Assembly (NCBI RefSeq): GCF_014396165.1 | Contig: NZ_CP060715.1 | Span: forward strand, 840,001 to 872,000 | Reading direction: 5' to 3' | Origin: Erysipelothrix inopinata | GTDB taxonomy: Bacteria > Bacillota_I > Bacilli_A > Erysipelotrichales > Erysipelotrichaceae | Length of the DNA stretch: 32,000 nucleotides | Shown: positions 17,155 through 25,939 of the stretch, in pieces | Layout of the letters: each line of letters starts with the position of its first letter | How positions within the stretch are numbered: position 1 is the first letter of the stretch | Translations under genes and position numbers: made by a program | The notes under the pieces: generated by a model | Seen by the model: only the letters and a program-made list of their open reading frames with translations | What the model was told of the DNA's origin: nothing | Databases searched by the model: none

Positions 17155-17630
17155 AAAGGTTCCTCTCATCTTTATTCTCTTTCTATATGTAAATAGTAGC
17201 ATAGTAAAAAGACAGTGATTCGGAGTAGAAATATACTAAAAATGTGAAGAAAATAAGCTGCAAAGGAGTATGAATAATTATTTATTTTTTTATTAGAGAG
17301 ATAGGAGAGACTATTAAATTGCATTATATCTATAAAAATAGACATAAAGAATAACGATTAACATTGTTTGAAAGAGGGGATATTATGGGCTGAAACGACT
17401 ATAAAATGTGGAAATACACATGATGAAAATTCTATGAATGTTGGTTAAAGAAATGTGAAATAAAAGTGAATTTGTTAAAAAGGGAGTATTTCTAACAAAG
17501 TAACAAACATACGAATTAGCATGTTTTTATCGTTGAAATCTTGCTGGAAAGCCTTCTAATATTTTTGATTTAAAAGAATTGAGAAAAACAGTTGAAAGTG
17601 TTAGTCTATATCATAAAGTGAGGTATCTAT

Positions 17631-18356
17631 ATGGGAACTATAATTACAATTGGAGGTGGCCAAGAACCTTTTTCAAGAACGCCTCATATAAGTAAGAAAA
17701 TTATTGAGTTATCACAGAAACAGAATCCAAAAGTTTTATTCATAGGAACAGCAACTCGTGACAGTAAAGATTACATAGATAATTTTACTGATTTTTTTAC
17801 CTTGCTTGGAGCAAATGTGGATTGTCTCGAACTCGTCTCAAGTAATCCAACCCGTGAAGCGGTGAAAGAATCTATTATGAACCACGATATAATTTATGTC
17901 GGAGGTGGCGATACACGATTCATGATTAAACATTGGAAACAATTTAATCTTAAAGAGGTTTTAATTGAAGCATATCATAAGGGAATAATTCTTTGTGGTG
18001 TAAGCGCAGGATCAATTTGTTGGTATCAGTGGGGAAACAGCGATAGTGAATCATTTGGTGAGTCCAATGAATGGAGTTTTATTCAAACACCCGGGTTAGG
18101 GTTTATTAATCTCGCCCACTGCCCACATTATGATGATCCTGGAAGAGATAGCTTTGATGGCATGATGAATGGTGAAGAATCATTAGATGGAGTTGCTCTA
18201 GAAAATGGAACTGCGCTTTTAGTACAGGATGGTAAAGGGCAAATCATAAAAGATGATGATAATAAAAAGGGTTACTATTTCAAACAAACAGAAAAGGGTA
18301 TTCTGAAACTGGAAATAGAGGACGATACAATTATCGAAATTCTATTAAACATTTAA
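17631..18356 (+). CDS. Peptidase S51 (PepE / type-1 glutamine-amidotransferase-like) family protein
   Basis: Contains IIYVGGGDTRFM, the nucleophile elbow GVSAGSICW, and HCPHYDD. Confidence 0.7.
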   Translation: MGTIITIGGGQEPFSRTPHISKKIIELSQKQNPKVLFIGTATRDSKDYIDNFTDFFTLLGANVDCLELVSSNPTREAVKESIMNHDIIYVGGGDTRFMIKHWKQFNLKEVLIEAYHKGIILCGVSAGSICWYQWGNSDSESFGESNEWSFIQTPGLGFINLAHCPHYDDPGRDSFDGMMNGEESLDGVALENGTALLVQDGKGQIIKDDDNKKGYYFKQTEKGILKLEIEDDTIIEILLNI

Positions 18357-18365
18357 TATTAATAA

Positions 18366-18400
18366 AACGTTACTGTAAATTTTAGAGTAACGTTTTCTTT
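18366..18400. terminator. Bidirectional terminator between convergent genes
   Basis: AACGTTACT-(11 nt)-AGTAACGTT, with T-runs on both strands. Confidence 0.6.
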
Positions 18401-18406
18401 AGACAT

Positions 18407-18931
18407 TTATTTTTTTTGATTAAATTTTTTAATGAGTTCTTCATTAGCTTTTAAGATCTCTTCAATTTCAATATTCTTTTCGTTGTATATTAAATCATAA
18501 TTTAAATCGCGTTCTTTATATTTATTAACACCAAATGCTATACAGTTTTTTGGAATATCGATGGTGATAATAGCTCCCGCAGCTACGACAGTATTTTCTC
18601 CTATAATAACTGGTCCCAAAATTTTTGCACCATCTGCAACAATGACGTTCTTAGCCAAGATTGGCATACCGACATTTTCCCAGGATTCAGTAGTTTTATT
18701 AAATCTCAAATTAGATCCGATAGTTACGTTTTGGTATATAACGACTCCTTCGCAAATTTTTGAGGCAATAACAGTACACCCACGTGCATGGTGTGCAAAT
18801 TTAACACTGGGATGGATATCGAAACACTTTATTTCGCAATTATAGTTTATTTCTAATAGCTCTGCTGCTTTCTCTCTTTCTTCGTGATCTTGAGAAAAGC
18901 AGTTTGTTTGCAGTAGTTCGTTAAAGTTCAT
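18407..18931 (-). CDS. Left-handed beta-helix (hexapeptide-repeat) acetyltransferase, serine O-acetyltransferase-like
   Basis: Start moved to ATG 18931, because GGAGG sits five nt upstream, inside the first codons of the longer ORF. Hexapeptide region: IHPSVKFAHHARGCTVIASKICEGVVIYQNVTIGSN...ILAKNVIVADGAKILGPVIIGENTVVAAGAIIT. Confidence 0.7.
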   Translation of the reverse strand: MNFNELLQTNCFSQDHEEREKAAELLEINYNCEIKCFDIHPSVKFAHHARGCTVIASKICEGVVIYQNVTIGSNLRFNKTTESWENVGMPILAKNVIVADGAKILGPVIIGENTVVAAGAIITIDIPKNCIAFGVNKYKERDLNYDLIYNEKNIEIEEILKANEELIKKFNQKK

Positions 18932-18987
18932 GTTAACCTCCATTAATCTAAGATAATTATAGTTTCATAAGCCATGTAAAGTAAATA

Positions 18988-19920
18988 TTATTTGTTAAAA
19001 TGATGAACCAGTTCATCAAGTAATATTAATACTTCTTCCGCTAATTCGTTAGGTTTAATTCTTTTGACTAGAGTTCCATATTGTAGAAAATAACGAGCTA
19101 AAAATTTAATTTCGCTAGAGTTATAAATGCCTTCAATATAAAAATCATCTTCTCTTGATACCCACTCCATATTGGGATAATGTTCTTTATTAAAAATATC
19201 GTGACCTGCTTCTTGTACTTCAACAGAGAAAAAATAGGGTCTTTCAGATAGATGAAACTGGCCTGCACGAGAAATTAAAACTTCTATTTCCTCTCCGTTC
19301 ATGTTAACAGACGGAGTAACACTTTTAATTCTATCACATCGAAATACTCTAAATGCTTGCTTGCTAATATCAAATGCACTGATATACCAATGACCAAGTG
19401 AAGAGGATATTTCATAGAACTGTACAGTGCGGGATTCATCATTATTTCCATACTTAAGATGAACAACTGTTTGATTAATCATTAGGTCAAACAGTTTGGG
19501 TAGCATGGGATTTGCACCTACCTGAGAATAATTTGAAATACTCAGAGAATTTTCCATTTTTGAAAGACTAGTTTGTAGTGAACTCGGAATAGAATCTTTG
19601 AACTTAGTTTTGATGTGCTTGAACTCAACTTGGAAAGGTGTGCTTTCATAATTTTGAAGTGCATTCATTGAAAAATAAAGTGCCATTATTTCTTGGTTAT
19701 TAAATATTACTGGTGTAAGTACATGGTCGTGATCAACGATGTAGTTTCCGTATCTACCGAGATTGCTGTAAATTGGAAGTCCCATTAGCTCTAAAGAACT
19801 TATATCTCTAAGTGCAGTACTTTTAGAAATTCTATAGTGGCTCATCAGATCTGATAAGTTGAAGTAACGTTTATCGCGCAAGTAAAATAACATATCGTTC
19901 AGACGTTCACTTTTATTCAT
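18988..19920 (-). CDS. WYL-domain transcriptional regulator (YafY/BrxR/CapW-like: wHTH, WYL, C-terminal extension)
   Basis: HTH: FNLSDLMSHYRISKSTALRDISSLELMGLPIYS. WYL-domain signature: GHWYISAFDISKQAFRVFRCDRIKSV. Confidence 0.8.
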   Translation of the reverse strand: MNKSERLNDMLFYLRDKRYFNLSDLMSHYRISKSTALRDISSLELMGLPIYSNLGRYGNYIVDHDHVLTPVIFNNQEIMALYFSMNALQNYESTPFQVEFKHIKTKFKDSIPSSLQTSLSKMENSLSISNYSQVGANPMLPKLFDLMINQTVVHLKYGNNDESRTVQFYEISSSLGHWYISAFDISKQAFRVFRCDRIKSVTPSVNMNGEEIEVLISRAGQFHLSERPYFFSVEVQEAGHDIFNKEHYPNMEWVSREDDFYIEGIYNSSEIKFLARYFLQYGTLVKRIKPNELAEEVLILLDELVHHFNK

Positions 19921-20007
19921 AAATTTATCCTTTCAATTTTAATGGTGTCATATTTTGAAACTATTTTAACATACAATAAGTATATGAAAGAAAGAAAAGA
20001 GGAAATT

Positions 20008-20628
20008 ATGAAAAATATAATTCTAACATCATCGTTTGCGGATGTAGCAGATGTGCTTAAGAAACCCATGATGCTTAACTTTAAAACTAGTGAAACAGTT
20101 GGTATTATTCCAACTGCATCGCTTGTGGAAGACTATACAGGATACATGGATGAAACCCGTACATGGTTTAAAGAAAATGCTATTAATACTATAGAACTTG
20201 ATTTGCTTAACAGTTCTACGGCAGAATTACAGAAACAAATCGAATCACTTGATGTGCTGTTAGTTACTGGAGGAAACACCTTTTATCTACTTCAAGAATT
20301 AAAGCGGACGAATGTGGACAACGTCATTATCGAGTTCATAAATGCAGGCAAACTGTATATTGGTGAATCCGCTGGTTCAGTAATTCTATCACCGAATATT
20401 ACCTATGTTGAATCAATGGATGATAGATCTGTTGCTACGTTCTTAACAAATGAGTGTGGTTTATCGGTAGTGGATTTTTATACAGTTCCCCACTATAAAT
20501 CAGAACCTTTTATTGATACTGCAGATAAAGTTATCAATCAATACTCAGAGTTAGTGCCATTAAAAATTATATCTAACAATCAGTGCATCTCAATTAGAGG
20601 GAATGAAATAAAAATAAACACATTATAA
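20008..20628 (+). CDS. Peptidase S51 (PepE-like) family protein, second paralog
   Basis: Start at ATG 20008 (AAGAGGAAATT-ATG). Contains LLVTGGNTFYLL, the nucleophile elbow GESAGSVIL, and VPHYKSE. Confidence 0.7.
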   Translation: MKNIILTSSFADVADVLKKPMMLNFKTSETVGIIPTASLVEDYTGYMDETRTWFKENAINTIELDLLNSSTAELQKQIESLDVLLVTGGNTFYLLQELKRTNVDNVIIEFINAGKLYIGESAGSVILSPNITYVESMDDRSVATFLTNECGLSVVDFYTVPHYKSEPFIDTADKVINQYSELVPLKIISNNQCISIRGNEIKINTL

Positions 20629-20634
20629 AATTTC

Positions 20635-20663
20635 TTGACAATCACTCATTGTATCTGTAGGAT
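20635..20663 (+). promoter_or_regulatory. Candidate sigma-A promoter for the GNAT gene
   Basis: TTGACA, a 17-nt spacer, then TAGGAT. Confidence 0.4.
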
Positions 20664-20690
20664 AACAGCTAACAAAGGAGGTATCTTGAC

Positions 20691-21131
20691 ATGAATGTTT
20701 TAAAACTTAACAATCTTAATGAGAAAGATACTAAGGAAATTATAGCGACATGGAAGACATCTGTTGAAGCGACTCATGATTTTTTAACAAAAGAAGATAT
20801 AGTCAATCTTGAACCACAAGTTATTGAAGGCGCCAAATACGTAGAAGATTTTTACGTACTTAAAAACGACTTAGGAATTATTTATGCGTTTCTTGGAGTC
20901 CATGATCATAAAATTGAAATGTAATTTGTTGATAATAAGGTAAGAGGGAAAGGAACAGGTAAATTCCTAATAAACTTCGCGATACAAAGTTGTAAGGCTA
21001 CGCTCGTGGATGTTAACGAACAAAACATCCAAGGAGTAGGATTTTATAAACACATGGGATTTAAAGAAATTGGACGCTCTGAAACGGATGATGCTGGCAA
21101 TCCATTTCCAATATTACACCTGTCTCTTTAG
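20691..21131 (+). pseudogene. GNAT-family N-acetyltransferase with an in-frame TAA nonsense codon
   Basis: The ORF stops at TAA 20922-20924. The same frame then continues FVDNKVRGKGTGKFLINFAIQ...VNEQNIQGVGFYKHMGFKEIGRSETDDAGNPFPILHLSL* to 21131. This restores the GNAT motif-A context ..KIEM[*]FVDNKVRGKGTGK. A single change TTA to TAA would explain it. Confidence 0.7.
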
Positions 21132-21145
21132 TAGTAGAGATAACT

Positions 21146-21586
21146 TTATCTTACAGTTAAATCAATAACAACCTCGTAGCGATTGGTTCCATGTGGAAGA
21201 TAAATTTGAAATTCTTCCACCGCTTCGAGAACATTAGCATCTTGACTTGAAGATGCTTTTTTTAATGTCCAATCTAGAAGTAATCCAGAGAAAGACATTG
21301 CTTCAGCCATTCTTCTAACTAACCATTCATCATTCCAGTCAAAGTGTTGAGATGATTCGATATCATTCATTAAATCCGGAAGATTGCTAACGAGCCAAAC
21401 TTCAGGAATTTTAGAAAATAAATAACGGCTTAGGAAAATATTGTCATAATTACTCGCATCCATTAGATCAATTAAGAAATAGACAACTTGATATTGATCA
21501 GTTTTAGGAAGTTCGACAATTACAGTCATATCTTCAGGAAAACGTGAATCAATATGTTTTAACGTTCGATAATGTTTTTCTAACAT
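21146..21586 (-). CDS. Hypothetical acidic cytoplasmic protein (146 aa); no domain recognised
   Basis: Good RBS (AAAGGAGTGACTGTATT-ATG). No TM segment or signal peptide. I recognise no family. Confidence 0.55.
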   Translation of the reverse strand: MLEKHYRTLKHIDSRFPEDMTVIVELPKTDQYQVVYFLIDLMDASNYDNIFLSRYLFSKIPEVWLVSNLPDLMNDIESSQHFDWNDEWLVRRMAEAMSFSGLLLDWTLKKASSSQDANVLEAVEEFQIYLPHGTNRYEVVIDLTVR

Positions 21587-21702
21587 AATACAGTCACTCC
21601 TTTATATATATTATTTTATCATATTTGAATATAGCAAATTATTTGTAAAGTGTATGAAATTATGTAAAAAGAGAAATAGTTTAATTGAAAATCTAAATTT
21701 AT

Positions 21703-21750
21703 AAAAATACTCTAACCTAGTTAAAAGTAATGTTTGAGCTAGGTTAGAGT
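21703..21750 (-). terminator. Intrinsic terminator after the 464-aa gene
   Basis: Perfect 12-bp stem ACTCTAACCTAG/CTAGGTTAGAGT with an 18-nt loop, followed by ATTTTTAT on the minus strand. Confidence 0.7.
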
Positions 21751-21789
21751 CCTTGTCAATTCGTGGTGCAATATTATGCGTTTATGGAA

Positions 21790-23184
21790 TTATTGTTGAG
21801 AAGCAAACTCTTCCATTTGATCGTATGTTTCTTTGGTGATGTAACAACCTGCTGCAGTGAATTCTGTAGGATTGATAGAACAATCAAAAGTATTAATAAA
21901 ACCGGAAAGTGGTTGAATCATAGCATTCCATTCTACATCGTAAACCATACGAAGTCTTTTCCAATCCGTGAATAAAGGAACGCAGTCCTTACTGTTTTTA
22001 CCTTTAGAAGTAGGGAAAGATAGTTTCGTATCTTTTTCAAGAATTATTTCACCATTGTCGCCGGGTGACAAATTTCCATCATTTTTCATCGGAACAAGGA
22101 ATTTTGCTTTTGGTAATGCAAGTGACATAAACCTATAGTATAAATTATAGATTAATTGTGCATCTTCTGATTGAGGTGCTCCAATTTGACCCATTAAAAG
22201 TAACCATCTAACAAGATCAGGATTTGATATTGGGATTTGAATTTCTGGAATATTACTATAATCAGGTTCTGGAACAATCATATTTGCGTTGATTGCAGTT
22301 CTTTGAGAGTTGATTGCGACACCACATGCTCCATTTAAGTAAAAACTACTTCCCAAGAAGTTATAAATTCCATCTTTATTTTCTCCATTAGAGATTGCTC
22401 TGATTTCAAATAACTCTCTGGGATAGGTTTGCTCGTAAACTTTGGAATATGCCTTAGAAACTATCATAATGTCTGGTGGTGTACACATGTAACCTCCATT
22501 ATTTTGTTTTACTGTGTTGGAAAACAAATGAGGTTCCCCAGTTTTTTTATTAATAATAGTATAAATTTCCTCAGAATCTAAAATTTTACTGATTAAATGT
22601 TTTGCGAGTACATCGATCTTGTTTCGGTAGATTTGTAGGTCTTTCTCAGCTGAACCATCTATCGATGATCGTATATGCTCATTATATAAGTTCCAAGCTT
22701 CAGCACAGTCTGTAATACTCATTTTATTAAATTCATCTTCAGTAAGGGATAGACTCTTAGATTTAATATAAGTTGCATCGATAGCAAAAACATAAGCATC
22801 GTGGACTTCCTTGGTACTGGCATCTCGTGAATGAATGACAGAACCGATTTTTATGTTTCCAGTTGATCCGTTTTTAAGTCGAATTCCAATTGGTTTGTTT
22901 GTAGCGGTTGTTACCATTTTTCCGAAACTTTCCATTGAAATAATCTCGGTTAGGAAAATTGAGCCCTCATCATCACCAATATTTGAAACATAAACAGCCA
23001 TTCCAGGTTTCATAATCCCATGTACATAACCAACAACAACGAGATCATTTGAATCTCTAAGCTTGAAAACATCTTCAACACCATATACAAAGGAATTATT
23101 AGCTTCCTTGTTTTGATTCGGATTATCAATCCTTGAATCATCACTTTTTGTATTTTTACCAAAAAAACTAAATATGTTCTTCAT
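21790..23184 (-). CDS. Uncharacterised protein: N-terminal EF-Tu domain-2-like beta-barrel fused to SseB-like domains
   Basis: Start at ATG 23184 (GAGG six nt upstream). Residues about 45-135 read VEDVFKLRDSNDLVVVGYVHGIMKPGMAVYV...IGIRLKNGSTGNIKIGSVIH. These align with EF-Tu domain II (IEDVF..[21 protein letters not shown]...VGVLLRGIKREEIERGQVL). The C-terminus FLVPMKNDG...CVPLFTDWKRLRMVY is SseB-family-like. Confidence 0.55.
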   Translation of the reverse strand: MKNIFSFFGKNTKSDDSRIDNPNQNKEANNSFVYGVEDVFKLRDSNDLVVVGYVHGIMKPGMAVYVSNIGDDEGSIFLTEIISMESFGKMVTTATNKPIGIRLKNGSTGNIKIGSVIHSRDASTKEVHDAYVFAIDATYIKSKSLSLTEDEFNKMSITDCAEAWNLYNEHIRSSIDGSAEKDLQIYRNKIDVLAKHLISKILDSEEIYTIINKKTGEPHLFSNTVKQNNGGYMCTPPDIMIVSKAYSKVYEQTYPRELFEIRAISNGENKDGIYNFLGSSFYLNGACGVAINSQRTAINANMIVPEPDYSNIPEIQIPISNPDLVRWLLLMGQIGAPQSEDAQLIYNLYYRFMSLALPKAKFLVPMKNDGNLSPGDNGEIILEKDTKLSFPTSKGKNSKDCVPLFTDWKRLRMVYDVEWNAMIQPLSGFINTFDCSINPTEFTAAGCYITKETYDQMEEFASQQ

Positions 23185-23308
23185 TTTCTTCCTCTTTCTT
23201 TGAAGTAACATCCCCACCCAAAATACTTATATATTCAATAATAACCCATAATTAGATTTTTCCCAAACACTTAAGATAAGGTTTTATCAACATTTCATCT
23301 TCGTTTGA

Positions 23309-23342
23309 ATAAAACCCTATTTCAGTTTCAATTGAAATAGGG
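23309..23342 (-). terminator. Intrinsic terminator after cadA
   Basis: CCCTATTTCA-(8 nt)-TGAAATAGGG, followed by TTTTATT on the minus strand. Confidence 0.65.
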
Positions 23343-23365
23343 GTCAGATTATTATATTTCGAATA

Positions 23366-25468
23366 CTAATCGCTAACTCTCATAAGTCTCAGTCCATTTA
23401 AGGTGACGAGTAAGGTTGCACCCATATCAGCGATGATTGCGATCCAAAGCGTTAACCACCCAGGAATAATTAAGAGTAATGCAATCAGTTTAAGTACGAG
23501 AGAGATTGCTATATTTTGTTTAATGATTGCTAGCGTCTTCTTACTAAGCTTTACTAGAAAAGGCAACTTATCCAAATTATCATTCATTAGAGCAATGTCA
23601 GCAGTTTCTAATGCTGTGTCAGTTCCGCTGCCACCCATGGCAATACCTACGTTCGCTGAAGCCAGTGCAGGCGCATCATTAATTCCATCACCCACCATAG
23701 CCACATTCATGTATTCTTTTTTTAATTGGGTAATATATTCCAGTTTATCCTCTGGCATGAGACTACCTTTAATATCGGTAACACCAACTTGTCTTCCAAT
23801 TACTTCTGCGGTACTTTGATTATCACCTGTGAGCATAATAGTATGCTCAATACCCATATTGTGGAGTCTTCTAATGACATCACGACTTGAATCTCTGACT
23901 TCATCAGCAACTGCTATAATTGCAAGAATTTCGTCATGAGTGCCAAAGATCATGACTGTTTTTCCTTGGCTTTGGAGCTCGTGATAGAGGCTTAAGTGAT
24001 GTCTATCTTCATTGGCAATGTTATCAAACAACTTTGAATTCCCAATCTTATAATGTATTGAATCTATGGTGCCTGTAATGCCCATACCCGCTACAGAGAG
24101 AAAGTTATCAATATTCAAATTCTCAATTTGTATCTTTTCATCAGAAATATATTTCATTATTGCTGAAGCAAGTGGATGTTGAGAATAGGATTCTAGCGAA
24201 TAAATAATATTTATGTATTCATTGTCTCGATGAGGATTTGTTACCACATAATCTGTTACAACAGGTTCACCTTTAGTCAAAGTACCCGTTTTATCAAAGG
24301 CAATTGCATTGAGTTTCCCAACTTCCTCAAGATATATCCCACCTTTAATGAGTACACCATGTTTAGCTGCATTACTGATTGAGGACACGATAGAAACAGG
24401 AGTTGAGATGACAAGTGAACAGGGACATCCAACTACAAGTAACGAGAGCCCTTGGTAGAGCCATTTGTTCCATTCTCCTCCCCAAAATAATGGGGGCAAT
24501 ACAATAACAAGTAGAGAGATTAACATGATTGTTGGTGTATAATACTTAGAAAATTTATCAACAAATGCTTGAGCAGGTGCCTTCTCATCTTGGGCCTCTT
24601 CAACTAAATGAATAATTTTAGCCAAAGTGGAATCCGCAACCAATTTTGTAACGCTGACTTTAACTAAGCCATCTTGGTTTAAAGTTCCTGCAAAAACATC
24701 ATCATCCACATCCTTCAATACTGGAACAGATTCACCAGTAATAGCAGATTGATTAACACTAGTTTTACCGAAAGCAACAACACCATCCATCGGTATTTTT
24801 TGTCCTGGTTTGATAATCATGATGTCTCCAACTTCGATATCCTCGACTTGTACCAAGATTTCTACATCATTTTTAAGAATAAGCGCATCCTTCGGCGCGA
24901 TATCCATCAACGAGCGAATTGAGTTGCGAGCTTTGTCCATAGAGAAACGTTCTAATGCTTCACTAAGTGCAAATAGGATTACTACAATAGCACCTTCAGA
25001 CCACTGTCCTATCAATGATGCTCCTATAATAGCGATAGTCATTAGAGATTGCATTGAAAAATTTAATTTTAATAGATCTTTAAATCCTTCTTTGAACAAA
25101 CTAAATCCACCGATTACGATGGCGCTGATATAAAGAAGAATTGTATAAATTGATTCTTCTCCAAACTGTGATTGAGTAATCATTGCACACATAATAATAA
25201 GAGCTGAAATAATCAAAGGAAGGTTTTCTCTTACCTTACTATTATTACCCATATCAATGCTGGGATTGCTTAAATCTATTACCTGCAACTTATCAAAAGC
25301 ACCAGCCTTGTTTAGATCATCTAAATCTACATCTCCATTTACGGTAATCTTTCCCGTATTGAAGCTTACTTTAGCGTCTGAGACATTCGGTAATGCTCTT
25401 ACATTATCCTCAAATTTCTTCGAACAGTTTGTGCAGCTTAATCCTTCAACTTTATATGTTTTTATCAT
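23366..25468 (-). CDS. cadA: Cd2+/Zn2+/Pb2+-type heavy-metal-translocating P1B-ATPase
   Basis: Has an N-terminal HMA domain (GLSCTNC), the CPC transmembrane motif (VGCPCSLV), DKTGTLT, and the GDGINDAP hinge. Start chosen at ATG 25468 (AGGTG six nt upstream), overlapping the end of cadC. Confidence 0.9.
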   Translation of the reverse strand: MIKTYKVEGLSCTNCSKKFEDNVRALPNVSDAKVSFNTGKITVNGDVDLDDLNKAGAFDKLQVIDLSNPSIDMGNNSKVRENLPLIISALIIMCAMITQSQFGEESIYTILLYISAIVIGGFSLFKEGFKDLLKLNFSMQSLMTIAIIGASLIGQWSEGAIVVILFALSEALERFSMDKARNSIRSLMDIAPKDALILKNDVEILVQVEDIEVGDIMIIKPGQKIPMDGVVAFGKTSVNQSAITGESVPVLKDVDDDVFAGTLNQDGLVKVSVTKLVADSTLAKIIHLVEEAQDEKAPAQAFVDKFSKYYTPTIMLISLLVIVLPPLFWGGEWNKWLYQGLSLLVVGCPCSLVISTPVSIVSSISNAAKHGVLIKGGIYLEEVGKLNAIAFDKTGTLTKGEPVVTDYVVTNPHRDNEYINIIYSLESYSQHPLASAIMKYISDEKIQIENLNIDNFLSVAGMGITGTIDSIHYKIGNSKLFDNIANEDRHHLSLYHELQSQGKTVMIFGTHDEILAIIAVADEVRDSSRDVIRRLHNMGIEHTIMLTGDNQSTAEVIGRQVGVTDIKGSLMPEDKLEYITQLKKEYMNVAMVGDGINDAPALASANVGIAMGGSGTDTALETADIALMNDNLDKLPFLVKLSKKTLAIIKQNIAISLVLKLIALLLIIPGWLTLWIAIIADMGATLLVTLNGLRLMRVSD

Positions 25469-25820
25469 GGATAGCACCTGAATTTACTAATGAAAAATTA
25501 ATTAAATTTGCTATGTCCTTATTAATTAAAAAGTAATATAGCATTTTCCCATCTTTTCTTGAATCTAAAACATTCATCTTTTTAAGTTGTTGAAGATGAT
25601 GGGAGGTAGTTGCTATCGTTGCGTTAATTACATTTGAAATATCGCAGACACACAGTTCCTCAACATGTAGAAGACTATATATGATTTTGAATCGTTTCTC
25701 ATCTGCGAGTATTTTATATATAGAGGTTATAGTATTTGTGTCAATTGAGTTAAGTTGTTCCACAGCGTCATCAACATGTTTCTGGTGGACAAGATTTACA
25801 TCACAAGTTTGGTTTTTCAT
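25452..25820 (-). CDS. cadC: ArsR/SmtB-family metalloregulator (CadC-type)
   Basis: Has [31 protein letters not shown] (alpha-3 CVC plus HTH) and an N-terminal Cys (MKNQTC). It lies upstream of and overlaps cadA. Confidence 0.85.
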   Translation of the reverse strand: MKNQTCDVNLVHQKHVDDAVEQLNSIDTNTITSIYKILADEKRFKIIYSLLHVEELCVCDISNVINATIATTSHHLQQLKKMNVLDSRKDGKMLYYFLINKDIANLINFSLVNSGAIHDKNI

Positions 25821-25830
25821 AATTGCTCCT

Positions 25831-25850
25831 ATTCAAATTTATCTTTGAAT
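25831..25850. promoter_or_regulatory. cad operator 1: ATTCAA-N8-TTGAAT inverted repeat
   Basis: ATTCAAATTTATCTTTGAAT lies between the predicted -10 and the cadC start. It resembles the TCAAA..TTTGA-type operator of staphylococcal cad. Confidence 0.65.
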
Positions 25851-25852
25851 GT

Positions 25853-25881
25853 ATATTAACACCAACAACGACAACATTCAA
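25853..25881 (-). promoter_or_regulatory. Candidate cadCA promoter
   Basis: The minus strand has TTGAAT (25881-25876), a 17-nt spacer and TAATAT (25858-25853). Confidence 0.5.
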
Positions 25882-25897
25882 GCGTATACTTGAATGT
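25874..25897. promoter_or_regulatory. Second ATTCAA-N8-TTGAAT inverted repeat, overlapping the -35
   Basis: ACATTCAAG-CGTATA-CTTGAATGT, a perfect 9-bp inverted repeat. It has the same half-sites and spacing as operator 1, with centres 45 bp apart. Confidence 0.45.
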
Positions 25898-25939
25898 AAT
25901 TTGTAATTAAAACTAGTTTATTTATGCACTATTTCATAT

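Noticed and set aside
16661-17218. Plus-strand ORFs of 103 aa and 68 aa
   Set aside because: They are antisense to the beta-helix and signal-peptide region of the surface-protein gene, with no RBS.
23403-25481. Three plus-strand ORFs (138, 107 and 74 aa) within cadA
   Set aside because: They are antisense to an unambiguous P1B-ATPase CDS.
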